Shown here: piece after piece, positions 31,153 to 41,024 of the stretch
Numbering within the stretch: position 1 is the stretch's first letter
Layout: the number at the start of each line of letters is the position of its first letter
Sequence record: AP029160.1
Length of the DNA: 64,000 nt
Direction: 5' to 3' (one strand)
Source of the DNA: a plasmid
Program-made: the position numbers and the translations under genes
Notes under the pieces: generated by a model
The model's input: the letters and a program-made list of their open reading frames with translations, nothing else
The model's database searches: none
What the model was told of the DNA's origin: nothing

Positions 31153-31782
31153 ATGACAAGACAATTATTTAAAAATACATATATACAACTCGCTAGTTAT
31201 TTATCACGAAAAGGTATTTCAAATCCGTCGCCATCAACAAATTTAATTCTAAATAAATTTGTTTTAGACCAATGGAATAATATTGATGGATATCATAAAG
31301 TGACTTCCGAAGATTTAAAAAAGTTCAATATTATCAATATATCATTTGATAATTGGTGTATAAATATGTTTGAAAATTCAATACTATTATTTAAAAACAT
31401 AAAAAACACGGAAGATTTCAAAAATTTTAAACAAAAAGAATACTTAATTAAATATTCAAATATAATTTCTCAATATCTAAATAGAGCATTTGATGAGTAT
31501 AGTAAGAATAGTAAAGGTAATATATTTTCACAAGAAAATATTGTACCTAATTTATCAACTTTTAAAATAGATCCTGAACTATGTATTTATGATAATAACT
31601 ACCAAAAAAAGCATGGAAAAGATATTAAACAAAATATTTATAAATTAAACAAGAACAAAGAATCAATTCAAAATAAAATGAATGAATTAAAATCACAATT
31701 AAAATCTCTAGAGGATTATCTTTATGCCATTCATAAAGAAATTGAATATAATGAGTTTTTTGATAAAAATATTATAAAATAA
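31153..31782 (+). CDS. Hypothetical protein
   Basis: 209-aa ORF. Confidence 0.35.
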   Translation: MTRQLFKNTYIQLASYLSRKGISNPSPSTNLILNKFVLDQWNNIDGYHKVTSEDLKKFNIINISFDNWCINMFENSILLFKNIKNTEDFKNFKQKEYLIKYSNIISQYLNRAFDEYSKNSKGNIFSQENIVPNLSTFKIDPELCIYDNNYQKKHGKDIKQNIYKLNKNKESIQNKMNELKSQLKSLEDYLYAIHKEIEYNEFFDKNIIK

Positions 31783-31881
31783 GGTAGTGTTTAAAGAACT
31801 GTAATAGATATTTATTTTCCTGAAATTGAGCACTTATATTTGTGTTTACTCCATTTGAAAAATTCTCAAAATATAAAGATC

Positions 31882-32890
31882 TTAATAATCCCTAGTTTCA
31901 TCAGAATCTTTCACATCACGGAAATATACCACGGCAAGACGCCACTGAAAAAATGCAAGAGCTCTATAAGTTAATCTTAAAAACGGATTTAATTTTAAGG
32001 CTGAGATCTTATCAATAGTCATGAATAAATTCAGTGGAACAAGAAATCTTTCATTAATATCTGCCCCTTGGGCTGAGAATGCAGCTATTTTTAAATTTTC
32101 ATTTAGAAACCAGTTTCCCTTAGCCTTATCAGCATCCGCTTGGGAATTAAAACTATTTCCTTTAATTATATTCATAGTAGGCCACGTTAATTCTGAATCC
32201 AAAAAAATAGGGCTTATAATTATGAATGGCGCATTTGATACATCACAGCTATGAGAAACCACCATGCTATATGAGTGATTTAAAGTCTGCGTTGTGATTC
32301 CAGAACATTGAAACTTAACACATCCCCTTGGAACAAGTTCAAACCATTTTTAGGCGCAACTACCTTTGAAAAAGTTGTTACTGGATTGAGAACAGTACCC
32401 CTTTTAAAAATCTCCCCAAATGGAGCTTGAGCTGGGACACCTCTTGTATCAGGATTTTCCGTTTTCCCATACATATCAGCAAGCATTGTCGCTGTATGAT
32501 AAGACGAACTCGTTTTTTGTCCCATAATCATTAAAGGAAAAGAAGCTCCAGCTTTATCCAATTCATCTGTATAGTCTTTTAAACTCTTCAATTTATTCAT
32601 ATTGAACAATCCTAATTTTCTTTTTTAATTAAAGTTTGATTAGGAAAATAATCGGCTATAGCTGCATCAACGTTAGCTTGCCATCCATGCTCTAAGGGAA
32701 ACATGGTGATATAGCCGATAAGTGACATAGAACTAGTATCCTCATCATCTCCTTCCATAGGCACTCTTGCATCATGAAGTAGGCTTTTAACTTGTTTTGG
32801 TTGTAATTTACCTTGATATTTCTTAGAGATATATCCTAAAACTTGATCTAACCGACGGAGTCTTTCCCCTTTCGGAGGCATTTCATTCAA
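31882..32890 (-). CDS. Three consecutive small ORFs (92, 109 and 127 aa) of unknown function, GC-richer than their surroundings
   Basis: ORFs 32612-32890, 32280-32609 and 31882-32265 on the same strand with 2-15 bp spacing. Confidence 0.3.
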
Positions 32891-33101
32891 AGGTCTTTTT
32901 TCCCATTCTAATATTGTCCTTTCAGAAACTAAAAATATTATTTTCCATTATGATTACATATTTTTTAAAAATTAGGAGCGACCCACCTCATACAAGAGAT
33001 ATGCTTATCTTAAGGAACAAACTAAAGTCGCATCGAGATTTTATGACAATAATATTTTTTAAAATCAATATTTTAAACGAGTAAATTTAAGACAAAAATC
33101 A

Positions 33102-33860
33102 TTATTTATGCAAATCCTTTATTTCTTTAAAAATGTCATTCTCTAAATCATCGAAAACAATCGGATGTGCAAAAGCGTTTAACATTAGGTCAAATATTTC
33201 AACAAGATTTTCCTTTAGTTTTTCGGGGTTGACTTCATTTATATAAGTCATTGGACTTGAAGGAGTACCAGTATAGCTAATTTTGGGATAATAACATTCA
33301 TGAATAGCTAAACGCATATCTTTCACAGAATAAATTAATCTATAATTCCAACAGGATTTTAAGTTCGAGTAATAATCTCTTTTTTTATCTAAAGATAATT
33401 CCTCAAAATTACTTAAAAATATTTCTTTTTCATAAGCGATTTGTTTTTTCTTATTAGTATCAAATACAAGAAATCCTTTTGAATCTTCATTTATCAGAAT
33501 TTCTTTTATTAATAAAAATAAATTAAAACTTCCTTTTTTCATATATATTTTTGCATGTTCTAATGTTGTGTAATTAAAAACCCGATTTTTATATTTTTGA
33601 ATTTCAGATATAGGAAGACCTACTGGTGTAAATGAATGTTTGTGCCACTCTACTAACTCATCTTTTGTGGGAAGAGAGCCATCTTCAAAACAAATGACGC
33701 TGTCTATACCACAATAAGGACATAAAGCGGTTTCATTATTATCAACATATTCTTTTATTTCAGAAGTTTCAAATGTCTCCAAGCAATAAAAACAGGAACA
33801 CTTCTTAACTTTTTCAAGTATTTTTCGATTCTTAAAAGAAAGTTGTCCTTGCAATGACAT
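33102..33860 (-). CDS. Hypothetical protein with an N-terminal CxxC...CxxC zinc ribbon
   Basis: CSCFYCLETF...CPYCG near the N-terminus. Confidence 0.4.
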   Translation of the reverse strand: MSLQGQLSFKNRKILEKVKKCSCFYCLETFETSEIKEYVDNNETALCPYCGIDSVICFEDGSLPTKDELVEWHKHSFTPVGLPISEIQKYKNRVFNYTTLEHAKIYMKKGSFNLFLLIKEILINEDSKGFLVFDTNKKKQIAYEKEIFLSNFEELSLDKKRDYYSNLKSCWNYRLIYSVKDMRLAIHECYYPKISYTGTPSSPMTYINEVNPEKLKENLVEIFDLMLNAFAHPIVFDDLENDIFKEIKDLHK

Positions 33861-33960
33861 TTTTTTATACTCACTTATTTACTAATTAATCATTATTTAA
33901 TCAAATAATACTTGAATAAGTTCTATTTTTATCAACATATACCGCAAAATAGTAGATCAA

Positions 33961-34137
33961 TTACTCATCTACTTGATTAGAATTAGTAATAACTGCTAAT
34001 TCTTCTTCATGAACCGGAACAACCCTTGCACATGGGACACCATTTTTAGTTATAACAAAACTAAAATTTGCCAGGCATGCTTTTTCAACCATTTCTTCTA
34101 AATTTTCCATAGCATCTTCAAAAGTTACACTGAACAT
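33961..34137 (-). CDS. Phd/YefM-like small antitoxin-type protein (58 aa)
   Basis: Translation MFSVTFEDAMENLEEMVEKACLANFSFVITKNGVPCARVVPVHEEELAVITNSNQVDE. An AAGGAG ribosome-binding site lies 8 nt upstream. Below the ORF-track length cutoff. Confidence 0.35.
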   Translation of the reverse strand: MFSVTFEDAMENLEEMVEKACLANFSFVITKNGVPCARVVPVHEEELAVITNSNQVDE

Positions 34138-34189
34138 TAATAATACTCCTTATTTTTAGAAGTTAAATCAAATTAACTTCTTGTTCAAT

Positions 34190-34248
34190 GGGGTTCTGGG
34201 CGCTTTGAAGGGTGAGTAGATGGACCCCTTCAAAGCGCTCGGAACCCC
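34190..34248 (+). other. 23-bp GC-rich stem-loop immediately upstream of the first CRISPR repeat
   Basis: GGGGTTCTGGGCGCTTTGAAGGG, a 13-nt loop, then CCCTTCAAAGCGCTCGGAACCCC. It pairs over 23 positions (two G-T positions). No T-run follows. Confidence 0.7.
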
Positions 34249-34254
34249 AGTATG

Positions 34255-36269
34255 GCTGAGACTTGCAGTGAATAAACGCTTTGATATGCTTTCTTCAACA
34301 AGTGATTTTACTAGTTCATTGCTGAGACTTGCAGTGAATAAACGCTTTGATATGCTTTTAGGGTCAAAAGTGGAGGAGCTAGGTCTGCTGAGACTTGCAG
34401 TGAATAAACGCTTTGATATGCTAAAACCTTGCAAAGCAAATGCAAAGGACATGCTGAGACTTGCAGTGAATAAACGCTTTGATATGCTAAAATTCGTTAC
34501 ATCAGCTCCAGCAGGAAAGCTGAGACTTGCAGTGAATAAACGCTTTGATATGCTATTTCAGTTGATTTCCAATATGGTTTTGTTGCTGAGACTTGCAGTG
34601 AATAAACGCTTTGATATGCTAGATACACTACCACCAATTGTATTGAGCGAGCTGAGACTTGCAGTGAATAAACGCTTTGATATGCTTGTTAGGAATTTAA
34701 ATACTTCACCTTTAATGCTGAGACTTGCAGTGAATAAACGCTTTGATATGCTATAATTTCAGGAATTAAATCCCCTTTTATTGCTGAGACTTGCAGTGAA
34801 TAAACGCTTTGATATGCTCAGAAGGCGATTTACCGGAGGGCGTTTCTAGCTGAGACTTGCAGTGAATAAACGCTTTGATATGCTAGATTGTACCGCTTGC
34901 AGGTAGCTTAATTTGCTGAGACTTGCAGTGAATAAACGCTTTGATATGCTATCTGTCGGATTCGTGTCCGACACTTTGTTGCTGAGACTTGCAGTGAATA
35001 AACGCTTTGATATGCTTTAATAGATATAGATAAAGTTACTTTATGGGCTGAGACTTGCAGTGAATAAACGCTTTGATATGCTAATACTTTTGAAATGGAA
35101 CCTCATATTTTAGCTGAGACTTGCAGTGAATAAACGCTTTGATATGCTTGATTATTTAAATTTAGATAATATAAATTAGCTGAGACTTGCAGTGAATAAA
35201 CGCTTTGATATGCTCGCATCGGATGATATAAAATCACCATCTGCGCTGAGACTTGCAGTGAATAAACGCTTTGATATGCTAAATTTTTTGAGTTTTTGTG
35301 GCCTACTATCGCTGAGACTTGCAGTGAATAAACGCTTTGATATGCTATATAGGCACGATTTCGAAAGAGCGGGATTGCTGAGACTTGCAGTGAATAAACG
35401 CTTTGATATGCTTCGTTGGACGCAAACATGGAATAGCAATTGGCTGAGACTTGCAGTGAATAAACGCTTTGATATGCTAATAGGATGTACTTATATATTC
35501 AGACATATGCTGAGACTTGCAGTGAATAAACGCTTTGATATGCTATTATTTATAGGAAATAGGACAACGTGTCCGCTGAGACTTGCAGTGAATAAACGCT
35601 TTGATATGCTTTTTTTCTTTTTTAATAAAGACAATTATGTGCTGAGACTTGCAGTGAATAAACGCTTTGATATGCTAAAGCTTCTTTAAAACATTTCTTA
35701 AAAGTGGCTGAGACTTGCAGTGAATAAACGCTTTGATATGCTTTCTAATTTTGTTGGCAAAAATGATTTGATGCTGAGACTTGCAGTGAATAAACGCTTT
35801 GATATGCTGCCACGTTATGATCGCCTGCACCAAGAGAGCTGAGACTTGCAGTAAATAAACGCTTTGATATGCTTAAAATTTTTAATTCAGTTCATAGTAT
35901 TCTGCTGAGACTTGCAGTGAATAAACGCTTTGATATGCTCAAACGTACCGTTAGAATTTATTGCTATTTGCTGAGACTTGCAGTGAATAAACGCTTTGAT
36001 ATGCTAAAACCAGCTTCTTTCAGACAAGAAAGAACGCTGAGACTTGCAGTGAATAAACGCTTTGATATGCTAGTGAGAGGCTAGGATCATTTTCCGCGAC
36101 AGCTGAGACTTGCAGTGAATAAACGCTTTGATATGCTTTCTTTACTGGATTCTACAAATTCGAATTCGCTGAGACTTGCAGTGAATAAACGCTTTGATAT
36201 GCTTAGAAATCATAAAATATTAAACATGATAATGCTGAGACTTGCAGTGAATAAACGCTTTGATATGCT
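34255..36269 (+). CRISPR. CRISPR array: 31 repeats of 36 bp (GCTGAGACTTGCAGTGAATAAACGCTTTGATATGCT) and 30 spacers (29 x 30 bp, 1 x 29 bp)
   Basis: Regular 66-bp period from 34255 to 36234. Repeat 25 (35838-35873) carries a G>A variant at 35853. Orientation was chosen from the tracrRNA anti-repeat. Confidence 0.95.
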
Positions 36270-36320
36270 AGATCCTAATATAATTTCATAATTATATTAG
36301 GGTTTTTTGTGATTTTAGGC

Positions 36321-36674
36321 TCAAAAAAGTAGAATTTGAGGGAGTGGTTTTTCAATATTACCCTCGTTTTTTCCAAAAAAGACTTTTCGTTTTCCAAATT
36401 GTTTATCAGTAACCAATAATAATCTTACTTGTCCAGAAGGTGGAATTCTTTCTTGAATCATATTTTGTAAGCTTATGCTAGCTTCTTCACTTGAAAAATA
36501 GATAGCATAGACTGAAAATTGAAGCATTGTGAATCCTTTAGAAATCAGAAACTTTCTAAATTTAGTATATTCTTTCCGATCTATTTTTGTCACAACTGGT
36601 AAATCAAATAATGCAAATAGCCACACTGCGCTGTATGCTCCTGGTCCATTTATATTTTTATTATTTATTTTCAA
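36321..36674 (-). CDS. cas2: Cas2
   Basis: 117 aa. VWLFALFDLPVVTKIDRKEYTKFRKFLISKGFTMLQFSVY and LVTDKQFGKRKVFFGK are typical of type II-C Cas2. Confidence 0.85.
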   Translation of the reverse strand: MKINNKNINGPGAYSAVWLFALFDLPVVTKIDRKEYTKFRKFLISKGFTMLQFSVYAIYFSSEEASISLQNMIQERIPPSGQVRLLLVTDKQFGKRKVFFGKNEGNIEKPLPQILLF

Positions 36675-36706
36675 ATAAACTCTTCTTTATAAAAATTTTC
36701 TAATTT

Positions 36707-37597
36707 CTATTTAAGAAGATTCGGTAAAATAATTTTAGGTTCTTGGGAAAGAAATGCATTAGAGAGACTTTGTGCTGATAGGGTAATTATATCCTGAAGC
36801 GGTCGTTCTTCCTTGTTGAAATTAAATTTTTTATACATAATTTCAATTAAACGTTTTTTGATTGATGTGTCTAAATTGAATGGACTCTGTAATTCTTCTG
36901 AAATTAAAAAAACTTCATTGTCAATAATTGGACGAAAAGGTTCCATAACATCATCCGCTAAGCAAAATGCATTGTACTTGCTTTTATGAAATATTCCTAT
37001 GGAAGGATTTAAGCCTGTAGCGCATAATGATCTTGCAACGACGGCCCTTAAAATAGCATACCCATAATTTAAAAATTTATTTTCGTCTTCAGCAGAAATA
37101 TCCCTTTTGAATTCTTTCATAGGATGTATATTTTTCCAATATATTCTGGCAGCCTGTGCTTCTAAATTTCCTTCGTCTCCACTTTTAACTTCTTTGCACA
37201 TTTTTAAAAGTCCAAAATGAGCACCTTTTTTTCTTAATAAAAGAGAGCCTTGAACTTCAATTTTTCGTGCAATAACCTTTTTCCAAAGTTGTTTTTTAAA
37301 TGGAATTGAAGAGAGAATCTGTTTTGCAAAACGCTGTGTTTGCGAAGAATGAGCATCAAGTGGTAAAAGCATTCCTATGGGCATGTGCCTTTCATCGCTA
37401 CAAACAAATATACTTCCATTTTCAGATAATTTTGAAAGTACTGCATGCGTGTATGTTACTGCTGGTGAAGAAACAATGAGAGCAGCAATATCAGAAAAAG
37501 GTAAGGTAACTCTATTTTCTCCTTCAATGACAAGGAGGTCATTGAAGGAGGAAAGACGCACTTTCTGAGTAGAAATATCAATAATTTTTTTTGTCAT
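36707..37597 (-). CDS. cas1: Cas1
   Basis: 296 aa. Its stop overlaps the cas9 start by 4 bp. Located between cas9 and cas2. Confidence 0.85.
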   Translation of the reverse strand: MTKKIIDISTQKVRLSSFNDLLVIEGENRVTLPFSDIAALIVSSPAVTYTHAVLSKLSENGSIFVCSDERHMPIGMLLPLDAHSSQTQRFAKQILSSIPFKKQLWKKVIARKIEVQGSLLLRKKGAHFGLLKMCKEVKSGDEGNLEAQAARIYWKNIHPMKEFKRDISAEDENKFLNYGYAILRAVVARSLCATGLNPSIGIFHKSKYNAFCLADDVMEPFRPIIDNEVFLISEELQSPFNLDTSIKKRLIEIMYKKFNFNKEERPLQDIITLSAQSLSNAFLSQEPKIILPNLLK

Positions 37598-40500
37598 TCA
37601 TGACTTTCAAAAAGATCACCCAATGGGGAAACAATAATTTTTTTACATTTTAGAGCATATAATGAATTTGGTGAGACATTAGGAAAATCAGATGTCTTAA
37701 TTCTGTCACATTGAGGCCGAGCATCATGGGAAGGTGAATGGTAAATGCGGGAATCACTTGTAATAGATTTTACACTCCTTAATTTTACCTCTCCATTCTT
37801 ATCTGTTATTTCTATTATGTCTCCCTTCATTAGAGAGAATTTAAAATACCCCCCTTTTTCTTTTAGAGCATCTTTATCAATAACAGGACGATTATTCTTT
37901 TTTCTAGTCATCGCTTCTAGGCGTGAAACAACTATAGCTTCCCAGGTAACTTTTTTTCCTTTTGTAATTTCATAGTAAGCTATATGATGATTCTCATCTG
38001 CTTGAACATTTCTTTCTTGCAATCCCTTTCCAATTTGTAAAGGTGATGCTGTTCGTGCTTTTACACGCACCGACTTAATATATATTTTTTCTCCCTTTTG
38101 TTTTGCAAAAGGTCTTTTAAACTGTTCGTTATGTTTTACAATAAGGAAGGGAAGTGTTTTTTCATCGTCCAATTTGAAAGCTTTTTTTGGAATCTTAGTT
38201 CCAATTTCAGCTAATTTTCTCATAACACAATCTTTAATATTGGGATCAATTATATTTCCTAATTCTCTGTCAGTTAGTGAATCCAAAGGTTTTCGAATTG
38301 GGATATAATTTTCACCTAATTTGTCTTTGTTACTTTTACCATAGAATGTTTCCTTATGTAATGAACCATTAATTTTTCTGTCTACTCTAAAGGATATTTG
38401 AATTTTTGATACATGCTCTTGAGCTTGTTCTAATAAATTCTCCCAAATTTTATCTAATTTTCCAAATTTGCTTTTAGATTCCTTTTCCGCATTTTTTGCT
38501 GCTCGATTGAGTAAGTTTATAGATTTTTCAGATGTTAAAGCAATTACAAGTGCATCTACTGCATGATGTCTGTGGTCATTTCTTGATTTTATATTTTCTT
38601 TTGAAAGTATTGAATTTAATTTCCACATATTTCGTAAATAGGCAGTTATTTGACCAGTGCTTGCTCTTACTCGGAGATAATTGTTCCCATCAACTTCTCC
38701 TCCATAAAGAAGTCCTAGATAATTTTTTGCAAGTTTTGTTGCATAACGGGTATCATTTAACATTTGGCTAGCAAAATCTTGTTCACTTGTTGCATCTTTT
38801 TGCTTAAAAAGTTGTATTTTTTTATATTTCCCATTTCCTTTGAATTTTTCAACCCTTTTTAATATTTCTGAGTATTTTTCTGGACTGCCAATCCCATAAG
38901 CTTCATACGGGGTTTGGTTTTTTTTAACATTTCTATTTTCAAAATAATGGCAAAGAGTTTTATTTAAAAAAGAATCATCAAGACTTCTACTCAAAGGTAC
39001 AATATGTTCCACATCAAATTGAGGATTTTTCCCAAAGAGATCTTCCATGCTTATTATCTTTCCTGTATAGGGGCATTGATAATTGCATTCAACATATAAT
39101 AGATATTTTTCAATATCAGACTTACTTATTTTAAGGCTTGGTGAGTATTCTAATATTTTATTTTCTGCTTCTACTCTTTCGCTAGCACGACTTTTATTAG
39201 CCTTTAAAATATTTTCTCTAAACTCTTTTCCTTTTTTGAGTTCACGCGCAAGTTCTATTCGTATCTGTTTAGGTTTTCCGTACTTCTTGATTATGCTGTT
39301 TACAATTTTTCGAAGCTCAGACAAAGTTCTTGAAACTATCGGATTGCGTAAAGAAGGATCGACTTTACCATAAGATGGTAATAAATTAAAAATGTTTTTA
39401 TCGTTTTCATCTTTATAACCTGCATTTATTTTTGCTTCATAAAGATCCTTTCCTTCTCTTAAAAATGGAAGGATTTTTTCAACTGCGGTACTACTATATG
39501 CGAGGTAGCCTTCTTCTAAATTTATTTGAGAAAGTTTAGATGCTGTTTCTGAGTCTAATTTCCATTTTTCTTTAAAATGCTTTTCTAGTGCAATTTGTGA
39601 ATCAAAACTAATTAAAGCATTTACAATTTTTTCTTGATCAATTTTACTATGAGAGAAGAATCCACTGTAAACACTGAAAATTTTGCTAGAAGTGGTATCT
39701 CCTTTCACTTCATTTTCATCATATTTGAATTTTTCATCTTTTTCCAAGTTTAATATTTTTTTTAAGTAAGAAACTTTTATTTTATCTTTCTTTAAAAATT
39801 CATTGAAAATAATCTCTCTCTCATAAGGGGTCAATGATCTTTCTGTAGTAGTTGAAAAGCTATTTATAATCCGAAAATTATTTATCGTTTGTTTTGCTCT
39901 AAATTCTTGTGCATTTAAAAATGCAATTTTCATTCTTCTTTTGTCTTTTTCAAGTTTACAAAATCCAATAAATTTTTTAACAGATTTAAGAGGCCTTTGG
40001 TGAAAAATAGATTTATATATATTTTTTTTAACTTCGTTGTTTTCAAAAAAATGATTATTGCCTAATGAAATTTGTGAGCTTATAATTTTTTCATATTCTT
40101 CTTCATACATTTTTCGAGAAGTATATTTTTTTCTAATTCTAATTTTATCAGGTTCAAAAGTTGAAAAAAGTTCTCCTAAAGTTCTAAATTCACTTTCTTC
40201 CATGTTCTCATATAACTTTTTAATCCCTCCTAAAACATTGCCAGTTTCAGCACTTTTACCAGATTTCCTATTACTTAAAAATCCTCTTCTTTGGCCTAAA
40301 TGAAACAATGCCCTACCTATTTCAAAAGGCTCTAATTTTTCATCTAATGCAATTTTACGCAAAAAATAAGGAAACACATTTGGAAGAGTTTTTTTATAAA
40401 TTTTATATAAATGTGGTTTGTGAGGGAGTACGAGACTCCATTTTTTTAATAAATCTATATCTAAATCTCTAATTATTTCTTGTCGAACTTCAAGCATTCT

Positions 40501-40857
40501 GCGTCTTATTTCTTTTTTTTTGGCTTGATTTGATATATTTTCTTCAAATGGGGAATTTATTTTTCCTAGTTGTGATTTAGAGAAGTTTGGGAGCAGAGAT
40601 GATTCTTGTAAAATTTTAAATAATTTGTTCATGCGCATCATACGACGATCTCGTGCTCTACGTGTTAAACGTGCTTCTCTTCTTTGAGCATTTTTAGAAC
40701 TTTCTGTGCCGAATTGATCTCTATTTACACCCTCATCAAAAATACGTACCCCCATTTTTTCAATATTTTGTTTTTCTTCATTGATTAGGCTCCAACCAAT
40801 ACTAGATGTTCCAAGATCTAAGCCCAAGATTAATTCATTAGTAGTTAAAGAACTCAT
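37594..40857 (-). CDS. cas9: Cas9 (type II-C size class, 1087 aa)
   Basis: RuvC-I ILGLDLGTSSIGWSL; HNH YQCPYTGKIISMEDLFGKNPQFDVEHIVPLSRSLDDSFLNKTL; no csn2 or cas4 in the locus. Confidence 0.9.
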   Translation of the reverse strand: MSSLTTNELILGLDLGTSSIGWSLINEEKQNIEKMGVRIFDEGVNRDQFGTESSKNAQRREARLTRRARDRRMMRMNKLFKILQESSLLPNFSKSQLGKINSPFEENISNQAKKKEIRRRMLEVRQEIIRDLDIDLLKKWSLVLPHKPHLYKIYKKTLPNVFPYFLRKIALDEKLEPFEIGRALFHLGQRRGFLSNRKSGKSAETGNVLGGIKKLYENMEESEFRTLGELFSTFEPDKIRIRKKYTSRKMYEEEYEKIISSQISLGNNHFFENNEVKKNIYKSIFHQRPLKSVKKFIGFCKLEKDKRRMKIAFLNAQEFRAKQTINNFRIINSFSTTTERSLTPYEREIIFNEFLKKDKIKVSYLKKILNLEKDEKFKYDENEVKGDTTSSKIFSVYSGFFSHSKIDQEKIVNALISFDSQIALEKHFKEKWKLDSETASKLSQINLEEGYLAYSSTAVEKILPFLREGKDLYEAKINAGYKDENDKNIFNLLPSYGKVDPSLRNPIVSRTLSELRKIVNSIIKKYGKPKQIRIELARELKKGKEFRENILKANKSRASERVEAENKILEYSPSLKISKSDIEKYLLYVECNYQCPYTGKIISMEDLFGKNPQFDVEHIVPLSRSLDDSFLNKTLCHYFENRNVKKNQTPYEAYGIGSPEKYSEILKRVEKFKGNGKYKKIQLFKQKDATSEQDFASQMLNDTRYATKLAKNYLGLLYGGEVDGNNYLRVRASTGQITAYLRNMWKLNSILSKENIKSRNDHRHHAVDALVIALTSEKSINLLNRAAKNAEKESKSKFGKLDKIWENLLEQAQEHVSKIQISFRVDRKINGSLHKETFYGKSNKDKLGENYIPIRKPLDSLTDRELGNIIDPNIKDCVMRKLAEIGTKIPKKAFKLDDEKTLPFLIVKHNEQFKRPFAKQKGEKIYIKSVRVKARTASPLQIGKGLQERNVQADENHHIAYYEITKGKKVTWEAIVVSRLEAMTRKKNNRPVIDKDALKEKGGYFKFSLMKGDIIEITDKNGEVKLRSVKSITSDSRIYHSPSHDARPQCDRIKTSDFPNVSPNSLYALKCKKIIVSPLGDLFESHE

Positions 40858-40925
40858 TTTTAGTACTCATAATAAAAGGATAAGAAAAAATTGACTTTTC
40901 TAATAAAACAAATTATTTAAATTTG

Positions 40926-41024
40926 TAAAGCATATCAAAGCGGTTATTCCATTGCTTGCTTTAGCAAGGGTTTATGCCCGCAGCCTTAAAAAGCTAGAGG
41001 GGCTTTCGTGGCTCCTCTTTTTTT
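40926..41024 (+). ncRNA. Predicted tracrRNA
   Basis: AGCATATCAAAGCGGTTATTC is complementary to the repeat 3' part (GAATAAACGCTTTGATATGCT; 20 of 21 positions). It is followed by an internal hairpin CTTGC-TTTA-GCAAG and an intrinsic terminator GAGGGGC-TTTCGTG-GCTCCTC-TTTTTTT. Candidate promoter: TTGACT at 40891-40896, 17 bp, then TATTTA. Confidence 0.6.

Noticed and set aside
34168-36084. ORFs 34168-34452(-), 34220-34756(+), 35103-35429(-), 35176-35439(-), 35192-35689(+), 35869-36084(+) with periodic peptides (LRLAVNKRFDML..., ISKRLFTASLS...)
   Set aside because: They are translations of the 36-bp CRISPR repeat in different frames, not genes.
37745-40303. Plus-strand ORFs 37745-37975, 38532-38771, 39083-39373 and 40058-40303 inside cas9. 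Also antisense ORFs inside other large genes (1454-1666, 1808-2101, 4071-4256, 7115-7318, 26324-26509, 51752-52090, 52886-53464 etc.)
   Set aside because: They are short, low-complexity, and antisense to strongly supported genes.
40900-41024. Alternative tracrRNA on the minus strand
   Set aside because: That would put the anti-repeat at the 3' end and the hairpin/T-run at the 5' end. The plus-strand version has the canonical 5' anti-repeat followed by a 3' terminator with a 7-T run.
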